64,000 nucleotides of DNA from Octopus bimaculoides (lineage: Eukaryota). Where the stretch lies: positions 28,053,863 through 28,117,862 of the forward strand of contig NC_068995.1 of assembly GCF_001194135.2 (NCBI RefSeq), written 5' to 3'. Every line of letters starts with the position of its first letter. Positions within the stretch are counted from its first letter, which is position 1. The position numbers were made by a program, and so were the translations under genes. The notes under the pieces are model-generated. The model was not told the origin of the DNA and did not search any database. It worked only from the letters and a program-made list of their open reading frames with translations. Shown here piece by piece: positions 48,650 through 62,549 of this stretch.

Positions 48650-51600
48650 GACAACATAATAATATTAGGGAATAAATTCCAAAACTTACAGGGCAAAATT
48701 CAATTTAGCAATACTAAATCAAATTTTCCAATATAAAATATATGTATATGATTAAGAGAAAAACCACTATTGAATAATTCAATAAAGAAGAGTTTAATTC
48801 ATACCCTCCAGAAAATAATTATATCATAAAAACTTTATTCAAAAAATCAACAAAAGAATAAAATACATAAAAGAATAACTAGTAAATGGTATAAAATGAC
48901 TACGCAAGGATATTCCTATACCATCTAGAAAGGAATATATTTTGAAACTTATTAATAATATTAAAGATTTTATTAATAGTATTAAATGGAAAGCCTACTA
49001 CAATAATTATATCATATCTAATATTAACGATGTAGAGAATTCTAATTATATCAATTCAAAATTTAAATCTAGAAAGGACCTCCCCCCCCCCCGTATAATA
49101 GCGATATACAGGTTTTAGAGAATAAGATTTGGAAGGTGGTGAAGAACATTAAATTTCATAAATACCCAAATAGACATAATGAATATTTAAGAAATCTAGC
49201 TATTAGAATAAAAGAAATGCGTAATATGGAAGGAATTATTGTACAATCAGATAAAACTAGGAACCTGTATAAACTAGATGTTAAATTATATGATAACCTA
49301 TTAGAGAAATAAATAAATAAAAAATATAAAATTGTTCCAGAAAATACTCTTTATAATACAAATAAGGATTCTAAATTAATTATGGTGAAATATAGTTTAG
49401 ATAATAAAGCTGAATCTTATGTACCTATGCACCCTAGAATTACTTTAAAAGACTATAAGGATAGTTTTTATTCTGACTCTAAAGTTAGACTTATTTGTCC
49501 ATGTAAATCAGATCTAGGTAAATTAAGTAAGATCATTTTAGATAAATATATCAATAAATTAAATGAAATCAATTACCTTAAACTTTGGAATAGTACTAAT
49601 GATACTTTAAAATGGTTTAATGATATTAAAGATAAAAATAGATATAAATTCATACAGATAGATATAGACAATTATTATTCTTCTATTAATGAGATTGTAC
49701 TCAATAAGGCCCTAACTTATGCAATGAATAAGGTAGGTATGACTTATGATAAAGTTAATGTAGTAAAAACGGCTAGGAAATTGTTGATTAGATATAATAA
49801 TAAATTGTGGGCTAGGAAGGATACTAAGGACTATTTTGATATACATATGGGGGCACCCGATTCTGCACAGGCAACTGATTTAGTGGGTATTTATTCATTA
49901 TCAGAACTTCAATGAGAAAAATTAAAGTTGGAGGGTGGTTTATATAGGGATGACCTTTTATTAACAACTAAGGATTGCACTAATAGAACAGAATTATATA
50001 AGAAGAAACTATATAGTTTTTTTTTAAGATATGGATTAAGCATAACTATATATAATGAGAACTATAATGTTAATTACTTAGATGCTAGTTTGAATTTAAT
50101 AACAGGTAAGACCCAACCTTTCCATAAAATTAATGAAAACATTAGATATATTAATGCTAATAGTAATCATCCACCCTTGATTAAGAAATCGTTGACAGAT
50201 AATATAGGTAAAAGAATATCGTTGCTTTCTTCTAATTTTCAGATTTTCCAAAAACACGCACCTTATTATAATGACGCTGAGGGAGGCGGGATATAATAAT
50301 AATATTAAATTCCTTAATAGTTCTAAATATAATTACAACATAAAAGATTATATTTTCAATAATTCCTATGTTTTTTATAATAAACCTAACATAAATAATC
50401 ATGATAAATTTTATTTAGGTAATTATAGAATTAATAATAGGGATTATGATAATACAAAACATAAATATAATAATAGTAGACTAAAAAATAAGATTAAATT
50501 TAATTCTTTTATTGATAATAATAAATTTTATAATATGAAAAATAAATGTAATAATATAAATAATAAGAACAAAATTTGGCTAATTATTCCTTATGGAGCT
50601 CAAGTTAAAACAAAAATTATTAAAGAGATTTTAAATATAAATGAGGAATTCATTAGAGATAATAAAAAATATAATAACATTTTTTCTAGTGATAATTTTG
50701 GAGTTGGTTACTTTACTACTAATAATGTTGGTAATATTATTTCTTCTTTTAATAAATTTAAGCTGAATAAGTTTTACAAAAACGAATCAAGTAATTATTC
50801 CAATAATAATAATACATACCAGAACATAACTAATTGTACATGTAGAGATAAAAATAAATGTAAATTTAATAATAACTGTAATTTGGAGGATGTAGTATAT
50901 AAATGTGTAGTGACTTTGCTTGATGATAATAGTATGAATGGTTATGATTTTAAATACTATTCATATAGGGTCGACTGCTAACAAAATTAAATTACGCGTG
51001 GCTAAACATATGAATTCTTTTAAGAATAGAAATTTAATTAATTCCACTGGCCTTAGTAAATATATATGGGAACTAAAATATAAAAATATTATGTACAATT
51101 TAAATTGGGAGAGTTTGTAAGGTTAAATCTTATCGAATAGGTAGTGCTTCTTGTTTATTATGTACTAATGAATTTAAGGAGATATTATTAACTGATAATA
51201 AAAAATTGATTAATTCCCTAGATGAATGAAAAATTAAATGCAGACATAAGTTAAATTACTTATATAATAAGTTTAGTTGAGTTGTGTATTTATATGAACC
51301 CTATTTTATGTTACTAATTGTTCTAGCTATGATTTGTAGTAGTAGAATGTGTATAAATTAGCACAAAATAAGAAAGGATATATTACATATTTAGAATAAC
51401 ATTAAACTAGGATGTTTATAAAATAAATAAATAAATAAATAAATTAATGTAAATAGATTGAATTATTATAATTTAGCTTCATTTTGTATATAATAAATAA
51501 TGTATTTTAGATTTAAGTTATTTAGACTTTAGTATTTTTAAGTAAATGATATGCTACAGTTAATTTTTTTTTCCTTATTCTCACATCTAAAATACATTAA

Positions 51601-51790
51601 GTCATCTTAACGGTTTAAATTCATATTTCTATCTCATTATTTCGTAATTTTTTTATTTACGCTGTATTTTCATGCGATATATTTTGTATAAATGCTAAGT
51701 TCTACGTATTACGTTTAAAATTTATGTTTAAAATTTTAGTTTACAGCAATTCTTCGATAAGATAAGTTGTGTTTTTATTTTAAGAAATAT
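48650..51790 (+). mobile_element. Penelope-like element (RT plus C-terminal GIY-YIG), extremely AT-rich, frameshifted
   Basis: SDKTRNLY, IQIDIDNYYSSI, MGAPDSAQATDL, LYRDD, SNHPP, C.CR..C...C..EDVVY, IGST...K.R...H..SF...STGLSKYIWELK; boundaries approximate. Confidence 0.9.
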
Positions 51791-52189
51791 TGTTAAATGT
51801 TTTTCGATTATACTCTTTACTCTTTTACTTGTTTCAGTCATTTGACTGCGGCCATGCTGGAGCACCACCTTTAATCGAGCAAATCGACCCCAGGACTTAT
51901 TCTTTGGATGCCTAGTACTTATTCTATCGGTCACTTTTGCCAAATCGCTAAGTTATAGATATTTAGTATAAGTTACATTGAGTTTTTTATTATTATTTTT
52001 ATTTTATTTTAGATCTGACGAGTGACTAATTTTGAATAGATTTAACTGTAGATTGATTTGATTATTAATCGAATATGATAATGAAGAATAATATGTATAT
52101 ATGTGCATGTATATACATGTGTGTGTGTGTATGTATATATGTGTGTATGTACATGTGTGTATATATGCACATGTGGATATGTGCATAGG

Positions 52190-53565
52190 AGAAGTTTAAG
52201 GTGTGGAAGCAAGGACTAGAATCGAAGGGCCTTAGAGTCAACCTAGCAAAAACCAAAATCCTAATAAGTAGGAAGGTAGATAAAACACAAACCCCTTCAG
52301 GTGGATGGCCCTGCTCAGTATGCAGTAAAGGAGTAGATAGTAACTCTATAAGATGTACCCGGTGCAAGCTATGGACACATAAGAGGTGCAGCAATATCAA
52401 AGGCAGATTAACTACGAAGTTAGTTTTTGTTTGTGGCAGATGTTCAGGTGCAATAAATACTGTAAACAAACAGGAAACAACTTCTATCTCATTCCAGGGA
52501 GAAAAACTAGAGGTAGTTGATAGCTTCCGCTATNNNNNNNNNNNNNNNNNNNNNNNNNNNNNNNNNNNNNNNNNNNNNNNNNNNNNNNNNNNNNNNNNNN
52601 NNNNNNNNNNNNNNNNNNNNNNNNNNNNNNNNNNNNNNNNNNNNNNNNNNNNNNNNNNNNNNNNNNNNNNNNNNNNNNNNNNNNNNNNNNNNNNNNNNNN
52701 NNNNNNNNNNNNNNNNNNNNNNNNNNNNNNNNNNNNNNNNNNNNNNNNNNNNNNNNNNNNNNNNNNNNNNNNNNNNNNNNNNNNNNNNNNNNNNNNNNNN
52801 NNNNNNNNNNNNNNNNNNNNNNNNNNNNNNNNNNNNNNNNNNNNNNNNNNNNNNNNNNNNNNNNNNNNNNNNNNNNNNNNNNNNNNNNNNNNNNNNNNNN
52901 NNNNNNNNNNNNNNNNNNNNNNNNNNNNNNNNNNNNNNNNNNNNNNNNNNNNNNNNNNNNNNNNNNNNNNNNNNNNNNNNNNNNNNNNNNNNNNNNNNNN
53001 NNNNNNNNNNNNNNNNNNNNNNNNNNNNNNNNNNNNNNNNNNNNNNNNNNNNNNNNNNNNNNNNNNNNNNNNNNNNNNNNNNNNNNNNNNNNNNNNNNNN
53101 NNNNNNNNNNNNNNNNNNNNNNNNNNNNNNNNNNNNNNNNNNNNNNNNNNNNNNNNNNNNNNNNNNNNNNNNNNNNNNNNNNNNNNNNNNNNNNNNNNNN
53201 NNNNNNNNNNNNNNNNNNNNNNNNNNNNNNNNNNNNNNNNNNNNNNNNNNNNNNNNNNNNNNNNNNNNNNNNNNNNNNNNNNNNNNNTTTTGTGCGGGTG
53301 GCACATAAGATGTACCATCCTGCGGGTGGCACATAAAAGACACCATTTCGAGCGTTGCCGTTTTCGTGCGGGTGACACGTAAAAGCACCCACTACACTCT
53401 CTGAGTGGTTGGCGTTAGGAAGGGCATCCAGCTGTAGAAACTCTGCCAAATTAGATTGGAGCCTGGTGTTGCCATCCGGTTTCACCAGTCCTCAGTCAAA
53501 TCGTCCAACCCATGCTAGCATGGAAAGCGGACGTTAAATGATGATGATGATGATGATGATGATAT
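52190..53565 (+). mobile_element. RTE LINE 3' fragment spanning an N gap, ending in (GAT)n
   Basis: WKQGLESKGLRVNLAKTK...CSVCSKGV..NSIRC..CKLWTHKRCS; typical 3' UTR. Confidence 0.92.
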
Positions 53566-53599
53566 TTTACCAGCTGCAGAACTGAGAGTACTGGGTGGG

Positions 53600-56500
53600 T
53601 ATCCAGTGCAAGATAGCTCACTCAAACTTTCAATGGTACAGGGGCCCCATTGAGTCTTTTGAGATAAACCTTTCTAGAGTTGGTGTCTCAATAAAAATAC
53701 TAGTGGTTGTGACACCGTCTCACCACTTTCTTCTGCATGAGAGTAATGGATAAAAGAATTAATACAAACAATGGCATAAATAAGGATGGAACTACAGGTG
53801 ACAGACTTTCACCTAGCAGGTGCCCAGTGGGTGAGCAACACAGGCCTGATCGTCATTATATGACTACCAGAACAAAATGGACTAAGACAATAAATACAAC
53901 TGTCATGGAATGTTATTTTTTGAGTAGACCTGTTGATGATGAAGGGAAGCCCATAAAAGGATACAGAAAGGAGATGCATGACATGTGGATGGAGATGCAG
54001 GGCTCACATATTATGGAACAAAGACTCTGGTACCAGGTAAGGACAATAAAGAAGAAAGGATGCTTAACAGCATTAGAGCTTGATGAGATTTAAAAACACG
54101 GGGAATGAAGTAGAAGTGGCTACAGAGAAAGTTGATGAGGTTGCATTTAATAAAGGTGCCTGGATGAATTATATTGGTCTAAGTCTTGAGAATATAGAAG
54201 GACTGAGTGATGAGGACAAAGGAATAATCAAAGACATCACTGAGAAAAATCTGGACAAGGAAGTAAATGGATTCAGGAAAGTAGACAGAATTTTACTCAT
54301 AAGATGTACACAGAATGTGAGTAAGATACTGAAAGAAATTAAAACATACAATATAACAGGAACAAATAGATTGATTAAAGCTTGTCATAGGAAGGAAAGT
54401 AGGCCTTGAACCAAACCCTAAAATAGGAAATGTAGAAAAAGAGCCTTGGAGGAAGAAAAGAATAAAGCGATCAACAAATGGACTATGAAAACAAACATAT
54501 CAACTCCTTGGAAAGAAAGAAAGAAGTTGAAATCAGGAAGGAGAAATATCTGGAATTAGAACATGGCTGTAGAATAAAACAAGGGTAAAGTGTAGTTCTT
54601 GAAGAGCTGAAACAAAGACTGCAGATAAAAGCTACAAAGATCAAGAGATATGACCAAGAATTGAACAATATAAAATCAGAGATTGTTATAACAGAATCAG
54701 AAAAGGGTTTATCAGCAGCTGAATGGGAAGTTTAACAGCAGTAAGAAACTGAATGTTGAAGAAAGTAAGAGGTTTTGGAGTAACATTTGGGATAATGGAA
54801 GAAAGTGTAAGAAAGATGCTGAATGGTTGAAGGAATTAAGTTTAGAGAAAAATGAAATGAAACAGAACAATATAAGAATAACAACTGAAATGGTAAATGA
54901 GCAGATAACAAAGATCCCACACTGGAAATGTCCATGCCCAGATGGGGTACAAGGGTATTGGCTGAAAAATTTCCCAGCATTACACAAAAGAATAGCTGCA
55001 CAAAGGATCAACAATGGGGTGGAAATTCTAAAGTGGTTGACCATAGGTAAAATGGTAAAGGTAATGAAATGGATAATTACTGGCCAGTCTCCTGCCTATC
55101 TTTGATGTGGAAGTTGATGATAAGAATAATATCTCATTGTGTGTATGACTTCCTGGAAATGAATGACAAACTGCCTGTGGAACAGAAGGGATGCAGAAAG
55201 AAAAGCCAGGGGAGAAAGGATCAACTTCTGGTTGACAGAATGGTGCTGAACGACTGTAAGACATACTAATCTGAGTATGGCAGAGATTGATTATAAGAAA
55301 GCATATGACATGGTCCCCATTTTGGGATTTTAGAAAGTCTTGAATTGGTACAGGTATTTGATAACATCGTAAATTTTATCAGATCAATGAAGAACTAGAA
55401 TATAGTTAACATCATGTGGAAAATTTGGGGCAAGGGTTAACATCAAGGAGATAGTCAGTCACCATTGCTGTTTGTGATTTGTATGATACCCCTCACATAT
55501 ACTATGGAATGTGATATCAGGGTACACCTTGGAAAATGGAAAAAAATTAAATCACCTGTTACATATGGATGACTTAAAGATCTTTGGGAAGAGTGGATGT
55601 GAAATAAATGGTCTGGTGTCAACAGTGCAGATATTCAGTAAGGATACTGGGATGGAATTTGGGATTAAAAAGTGGGTTATGGTTATCATGAAAGATGTCA
55701 AAGTAGTGTCATCTGATGGTGTAGAACTACCCAACAGTGAGAGAATAAAGGATGTTGAGATTGATGGATATAAGTATCTGGGTATTTTGTCATATGACAA
55801 AATAAGGAAGTGAGATGAAGGAAAGCTTTAGGTGAGAATATTTCAGAAGAACCAAATTAATTATGGAAAGTAGACTCAATGGAAAGAACAAGATCAGGTT
55901 AATGAATATATGGGCTGTTTCCTTAATGTGATATGATGAAGATGTTGTTAGGTAGACAGAGAACAAGCTTGTGTTGTCAATGAGGACAACAGTCTGGGAT
56001 GGTATATCAAACAGCAAAGTGAACCCTTGCTTGCCGCTATTAGAAATAGCAACACAATACCTACTGAAAATGTGATGCACCCAAAAACATTTAAGAATCA
56101 AGATGAAGAACAAAGATTAAACAACTGGAAAATTAAAACAAAGCATGGGCCATACCTCAAAGAAATTGAAAGGAAAGACAAGACCAACACCTGGAGGTAG
56201 CTAAGGAAAAATAATCTGAGAGGATGCACTGAGGCATTGATATGAAGTGCCCAAGGACAAGTTCTGAGAACAAATTACACCAAGTTCCAAATAGATAAGA
56301 GCAGTGAATCAGCCCTTTGTAGGATGTGTGGTAGCAAAAATGAAACAATCTCACATGTGAGTGAGTGTAGCAAACTGGTCTAAAAGCACTACAAAAAGAG
56401 GCATGATATTGTGACTAAGTTTGTTCATTGAAGACTGTGTGAAAAGAACAGTCTTGGAAGAACACAGAGATGATATGGACATAAATCAGAAGGTATCACT

Positions 56501-57035
56501 GAGAATAATGAATATAAGATCTTGTGAGATTTTACAATCCACTATGATTTTCTAATTGATGCTTGGAGACCAGATATTGTAGTGGATAGAAGGAAAAAGG
56601 AAACTAAAATCATAGATATTGCCATACCCAGGGATGCATGCGTAGGTGACAACGAGCTGAAAAAAGTGGTAAAATACAAGTTGCTAGAGGATAAAATTGC
56701 AAGAATATGAGCAGTGAAAAGAGTAATTGTCATCCTAGTAGTTGTAGCAGCACTTGGGGCACTAATAAACAAGTTTAAGAAATATGCTGAAGAAATTTGA
56801 ACTGACATTAGAGCAGAGCATGCCTCCAAAACTACTCTATTGGAGACAGCTAGGATTTTGAGATTGGTATTTGGGTGTTGAGTATCCATGATACTTAACA
56901 CCTTAGTACACAAGTTTTATAATTTGTGGATAGAGACCCAGTGAAACCTTTGACAACAGGATGCTCTCTGCTCTTACAGAATTAACCAGAGCAAGTAAGA
57001 TCAAGGGCTCTGAGGAGTAAAATATAATAATAATA
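53600..57035 (+). mobile_element. Near full-length degenerate R4/Dong-like REL retrotransposon ending at (TAA)n
   Basis: N-terminus KWTK..N..VMECY; RT WK.P.PDGVQGYWLK, QKGCRK, IDYKKAYD, HLL.MDD; CCHC-like CRMCGS..ET..H; REL RPDIVV...IIDIAIP; many stops and frameshifts. Confidence 0.88.
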
Positions 57036-57710
57036 ATAATGGTTTCAAATTTTGGCATAAAGCCAGCAGTTTTTGAGGGGAGAGGAAGTTGATTACATCA
57101 ACCTCAGTACTTGATTGTGAAAGGACGAAAGGCAAAGTTGACTGTAGTGGAATTCAAACTCAGAACATAAAGTGCCAAAAAAAATACTGCAAGACTCTAA
57201 TGGTTCTGCTAACTAACTACCCGAATAATAATAATAATCCTTTCAACTAAAGGCACAAGGCCTGAAATTTGGTGGGAGGGCACAACTCAATTACATTGAC
57301 GCCAATGTTTCACTGGTATTTAATTTATTGACCCCGAAAGGATGAAAGGCAAAGTCAACCTTGGTGGAATTTGAACTCAGACTGCAGCGACAGGCAAAAT
57401 ACCTATTTCTTTACTGCCCACAAGGGGCTACACACAGAGGGGACAAACAAGGACAGACAAACGGATTAAGTCGATTATATCGACCCCAGTGCGTAACTGG
57501 TACTTAATTTATCGACCCCGAAAGGATGAAAGNNNNNNNNNNAAACGGATTAAGTCGATTATATCGACCCCAGTGCGTAACTGGTACTTAATTTATCGAC
57601 CCCGAAAGGATGAAAGGCAAAGTCGACCTCGGCGGAATTTGAACTCAGAACGCAGTGGCAGACGAAATACCGCTAAACATTTCGTCCAGTGTGCTAACAA
57701 TTCTGCCATC
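57036..57710 (-). mobile_element. Cluster of second-family SINE copies (three to four, nested or tandem)
   Basis: Repeated aaggatgaaaggcaaagtc.acc..gg.ggaatttgaactcaga cores with (TAA)n tails. Confidence 0.85.
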
Positions 57711-58185
57711 ATCATCATCATCGTTGTTTAACATCCGCTTTCCATGCTGGCACGGGTTGGATGGTTTGATTGAGGACTGGCAAGCCAGAAGGCTGTACCA
57801 GGCTCCAATCTGATCTGCCAATAATAATAATAATAATGTTCTGAGTTTGAATTCCACTGCAGTGTGATCACCTGACCAGACACTGGAAACCAAACACTGT
57901 CATGGTGAAAAAAAAAGAGGAAGAACATGCATGATAATCAACATAGCATGTCCCAGTGACAACAGAATCAAAGAAAAAGTAGACGTGGTACCGGCACAAG
58001 GCCAGCAATTTTGGGGACTTATTTTATTGACCCTGAAAAGATGAAAGGCAAAGTCGATCTCGGCAGAATTTGGACTAAGAATGTAAAGATGGACAAAATG
58101 TTGCTAAGCATTATGCCTGGATGACAACAACAAAACCCAACTTTGAAGACTACCTTTAATTCATATAATGGAATTGTTTTCTTAC

Positions 58186-58330
58186 CGTTGTAAATCTGAA
58201 CTCAGCTTATTGATGTGCTTCTCAGCTCTTTGGTTTCTGAGCTCAAGCTGAATGTTTTTGACGTGACATACAAAGTTCCGACAATAATAACCTCGCCATG
58301 CTGCCTGGATACATGTAGCTGCACAGTGCA
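58186..58330 (-). CDS. CEP97: IQ-motif exon of CEP97-like gene (HCAATCIQAAWRGYYCRNFVCHVKNIQLELRNQRAEKHINKLSSDLQR), phase 1->2
   Basis: Acceptor cttccattctgacag|, donor CAACG|gtaaga; 145 nt. The IQxxWRGxxxR motif and following residues match my recollection of the CEP97 IQ region (AATKLQACWRGFYARNY...[20 protein letters not shown]). Confidence 0.85.
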
Positions 58331-59049
58331 CTGTCAGAATGGAAGCAAACAAAACATATTATCAGTGTTCAAATGTCCATTTCTCAATGGTAAAAATTGT
58401 TGGGTTGGTTTAGAGTAAATGATAATTCTATGTTAGTATCTGTTACATCTAACACACGGGTTGGTTATCACTAATGTAACTACATTTATATATTTATCAT
58501 TTTCATTGAATAATCAATGCATTTCCTGGGAGTTTTTATGGTTTCTAACATTGGTACAAAGTCATAAATTTAGTTGGAGTTGATTAAATCAAGACTCGTA
58601 CTTAACCAAGAAATTTCCCCAACCCCAGAAGGGTTGACATGTAATGAAATGAATTTCCTATACAAATTACTGCATGCTATATTACTGTCCATGTAATTTT
58701 TCTCTTTCACATAGTTTAAATGCTAATGAAAAAATATATTTCCTACAACTGATAAATATGCTAACATACCTATGCAAATTATTGTGTATTACTTTATTCT
58801 CTAATGTATCTTGCTTCACAGGTGTACCTATAGGACATCTTATTGGAATATAGGAGATATAACTTTTGTTAGTGAATGTGTGAACTAAGTGATATACTGC
58901 ATCAAAAGAAAAATAAATGTAAATAAAGATGTTTATCACTAAAAAGTGGCCATCTAGTCAAGTCAAAGTAGTAATATGTGTTTCTGCAGCCCAATTTCAA
59001 ATAGTCTAGCATTAAGGTGAGAAAAACAATATATAAAAAAAAAGTTATT

Positions 59050-59400
59050 GTAGCTTTCTACAGGAGTGGTTTTCTGAACATATCATTCTAGCACCCAAAA
59101 ATGACACTGTGCAGGTAATTAATGTTACCACCATTTAACAGGAACTAAGCCAATTCCCACGGTACAAGTCAGTTGACATTGTAGCTAATGTTAACAATTC
59201 CATTGCTGTTCCTTCTTACAATCTGCAATTGATAGTAAGTTACTACAAAATTTGAATGCACTAAAACTCTGTGAAGTCCAAGGCTCACTTTCAAGCACCT
59301 CCAGCTTCCTGTAGCACTGCTTTTTCAATAACCATCAACAAGTCTTAGCGATAATCTCTCAAGAGTTGTTGTTTAGTTGAACTGACAAGTCTATGTTTTT
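59050..59400 (-). mobile_element. Possible Tc1-like transposase remnant
   Basis: Weak, fragmentary similarity only. Confidence 0.3.
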
Positions 59401-60361
59401 CTCATTGTCAACTTTATGTTGCATGCTCATGCGGTGCCACATAAAAGCACCTGTGAGGTGCTACGTAAAAGCATCCAGCACACTCTGTAAAGTGGTTGGT
59501 GTTAGAAAGCACATCCAGCCATAGAAGCCATGCCAAATCAGACTGGAGTCTGGTGCAGCTTCCCAACTTGCCAGCTCTGATCAAACAGTTCAACCCATGC
59601 CAGCATGGACAATGAATGTTAAATGATGGTGGTGATGATGAAACATTTTTTCATCAAATCACAGAACAAGAAATGTGGTCTATCCCAGTGTTCTTGCAGA
59701 ATAAAAAACATTTCTGTTAGAATTGTTTCAGTTTTATGTATTGCATGTCAATTTATAATTACAAGGAGATATATGAAGTAAAATACAGTAATGCCTTGAT
59801 ATATGAGTTAATTTGTTCCCAGAGACTGCTCATAAAGTGAAAATTCATAAAGCAGAGCAATAATTTCCCATACTAGCAATGTTAGAAATTGTAATTCGTC
59901 CCCAGAAAAATATTTTACTGATAAAATTTATAATACTCGTAAATAAATAGCAATAAAACAACAGTAGTATGTAAAGAATATTTCATGTAAAGTAAAAAGA
60001 ATTTTGTGCTTGGAAAATAAAACTTGTAAACCTAGGATCTTGTAAAGTGGGGTATTACTGTACAATGATAGTATTTTCTTGAGTAAAAAGAAATAAATGA
60101 ATACAATCTGAAATAGATCATAAAACACCTGGACTTATTCAATTTTGGACAGAATTTGTTTTATAATAAAAAATTTAGGCAAATAATCAAAAAGTACTTT
60201 ATAAAAAAAACTTGCAATAATTTATTCACTTATAGGAATGAGCTCAAATTTTTTTTAGCAGAAATTTATACAGACCACTACCTCAATGATGTGATCTATG
60301 CCAGAACATGAACATATAACATATTACTTATCTCATAACTTTCTTGATGATAGAAATATCA

Positions 60362-60591
60362 TTGCAGCATGGAAGGTGTTTATAAGCCATTTAAAAACAC
60401 ACAAAAACCGTTAGATTCACTTCAACATTTAAATTTAATTTGTCACAACATTTAGCACGGAATTTTGTCAGTGAACAGGTCGCGGTCTCAAAGCGATGAA
60501 AATATTTTGACAAATTAAATTTAAATGTTGAAGTGAATCAAACAGGTTTTGTGTATTCTTAAATGGCTTATAAACACCTTCCATGCTGCAA
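60362..60591. mobile_element. Palindromic MITE-like element (about 85-bp arms)
   Basis: ttgcagcatggaaggtgtttataagccatttaa...gattcacttcaacatttaaatttaatttgtca mirrored at 60508-60591. Confidence 0.85.
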
Positions 60592-60721
60592 CTGTTTTTG
60601 TTTCAGCACACCATCTCAGATCAGGTCAATTGCTATGCAAGTACATCTCCGGAAATATCATTAAACAATTGAGAAAATAAAGCAGATACACAAGAAATGT
60701 AAAGTAATGAATACTACTCAC

Positions 60722-60827
60722 AGCTTGCTAAATATAAATTACTTTCTGCAGATACAATGGTAAATTTTCCTGGAGTGATTCTGAATATATCTGAATTTCT
60801 CTCTATGCCTAGCCTATTGGATTTTAC
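60722..60827 (-). CDS. CEP97: Probable internal exon of CEP97-like gene (VKSNRLGIERNSDIFRITPGKFTIVSAESNLYLAS), phase 0->1
   Basis: Acceptor tctactttcag|GTAAAA and donor AAGCT|gtgagt; 106 nt open only in phase 0; end phase matches the IQ exon. No recognisable motif, so the assignment rests on splice signals and phase. Confidence 0.6.
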
Positions 60828-62549
60828 CTGAAAGTAGATAATATATGTTTTCTGTATATATTTTAAGTGCAATAAGAGTTGTTTCCTTAGCACAAAATTA
60901 TACATGGTTTACTTCACTAATTTCTGTAGACATTGATTTAAAAAAATGTAGAGACAACATTACTAATGTCTCTTGTCGAACTAATTTTATGTACACTTTG
61001 TATGATCTCACACAGCATGGTACCCTAAAATTATCAACAGACCTGAATGAATAAGGTATTGGGGCAATCATGCTACCATTATTAATAGATATAAAGGAAA
61101 GTATACAGCAGAATAATTAGCAGCCAAGTGTAATAACTAATAAGTTAATCTATTCTTTGAATCTTAACTACTCAGGCTGGAACGTACTACTAAATAACAC
61201 GAACATATTGATTTGCATGTAACTAATAAAAAGGCAAAAATGTACCTACGCATCTCTAAATGAAATATAAATATGTAATGACTAATTGTAGGAAGATCAT
61301 TAGGGTAAAACAAAGCATGAGTGTCTGAAGGTAGAACAAAAAACAATAACCAAAATTTAATCTACAGATAAATAATTTAGAAAAGTTATGTTCACAACTC
61401 TTTAATATATTTTATACTCATTTTCCATTTTACCTCACTGAACAACTAGCCAATATAGAAGTCATGGTGATTTCAGTTACTGAAAGCAGCAATCATATTT
61501 TATACTCCACTTAACCATTTTAGGAAATTGGATGTCATAGTCCTAGATGCTCAATGTTTGAAAAGAAGATGAATCACAGGCAGCTCAATCTTGGCTGATT
61601 TGGGAGTAAATGACAACAACCAATCACTGAACAATATATAGTCATAAAAAGATTTTGTATTATTACTGTTATAAACGATTATACATTGTANNNNNNNNNN
61701 NNNNNNNNNNNNNNNNNNNNNNNNNNNNNNNNNNNNNNNNNNNNNNNNNNNNNNNNNNNNNNNNNNNNNNNNNNNNNNNNNNNNNNNNNNNNNNNNNNNN
61801 NNNNNNNNNNNNNNNNNNNNNNNNNNNNNNNNNNNNNNNNNNNNNNNNNNNNNNNNNNNNNNNNNNNNNNNNNNNNNNNNNNNNNNNNNNNNNNNNNNNN
61901 NNNNNNNNNNNNNNNNNNNNNNNNNNNNNNNATATATAGTACACTAGATTACAAACATTGTCTATGCAATTTTACACTTCAGTAATTTCCTTATTTTACA
62001 TCATTATTTAAAATAAGTTTTAATTACTCTGTTCAATTCTGGGTCTTTCTTTATTCAGTTATACGTTTGGGTTTCCAGAACAATTTGAAGCTCAACTTCT
62101 GTGGGTGAGAATTTTTAGAAAAAGATGGTTTATTCTAGGTTTTTACTAACATAAAAAAAAAGAAAAATCCTGAAGTGCAAAGTGCCAGCTAACTAAAAGT
62201 ACTACATGGCATTCCACCAGTAGATGTTTTGGGAGTACAGTTGCTTGAAGTAAACCAAAAGTAGTCTTGAAAAATATGTTCAAATGCAAGCAAGCAAACT
62301 GGTCAGATGAAAATGATGTATCTGAAACACAAAAGTAACATCAAGCAGTTCTCAATGGATTGAGTACATGACAAGCTATTAGCTAACTCACATGCAAATG
62401 CCTTGCTAGAAAAGAAACTTCAATGTCTAATGGTGTAGGACAAGAGGTAAATGAAATTCAGGCTCCTGCTGAGAGAAGTGTATGATTCCCAGAAAGGTGG
62501 AAATGCACCAATGAAGAGTAAGTTAGCTCACATTTTCTACACTGAGATA

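Noticed and set aside
61012-61042. 31-nt candidate exon (SVDNFRVPCC, phase 2->0) upstream of 60827
   Set aside because: Phase-compatible but too short and featureless to support; left unresolved.
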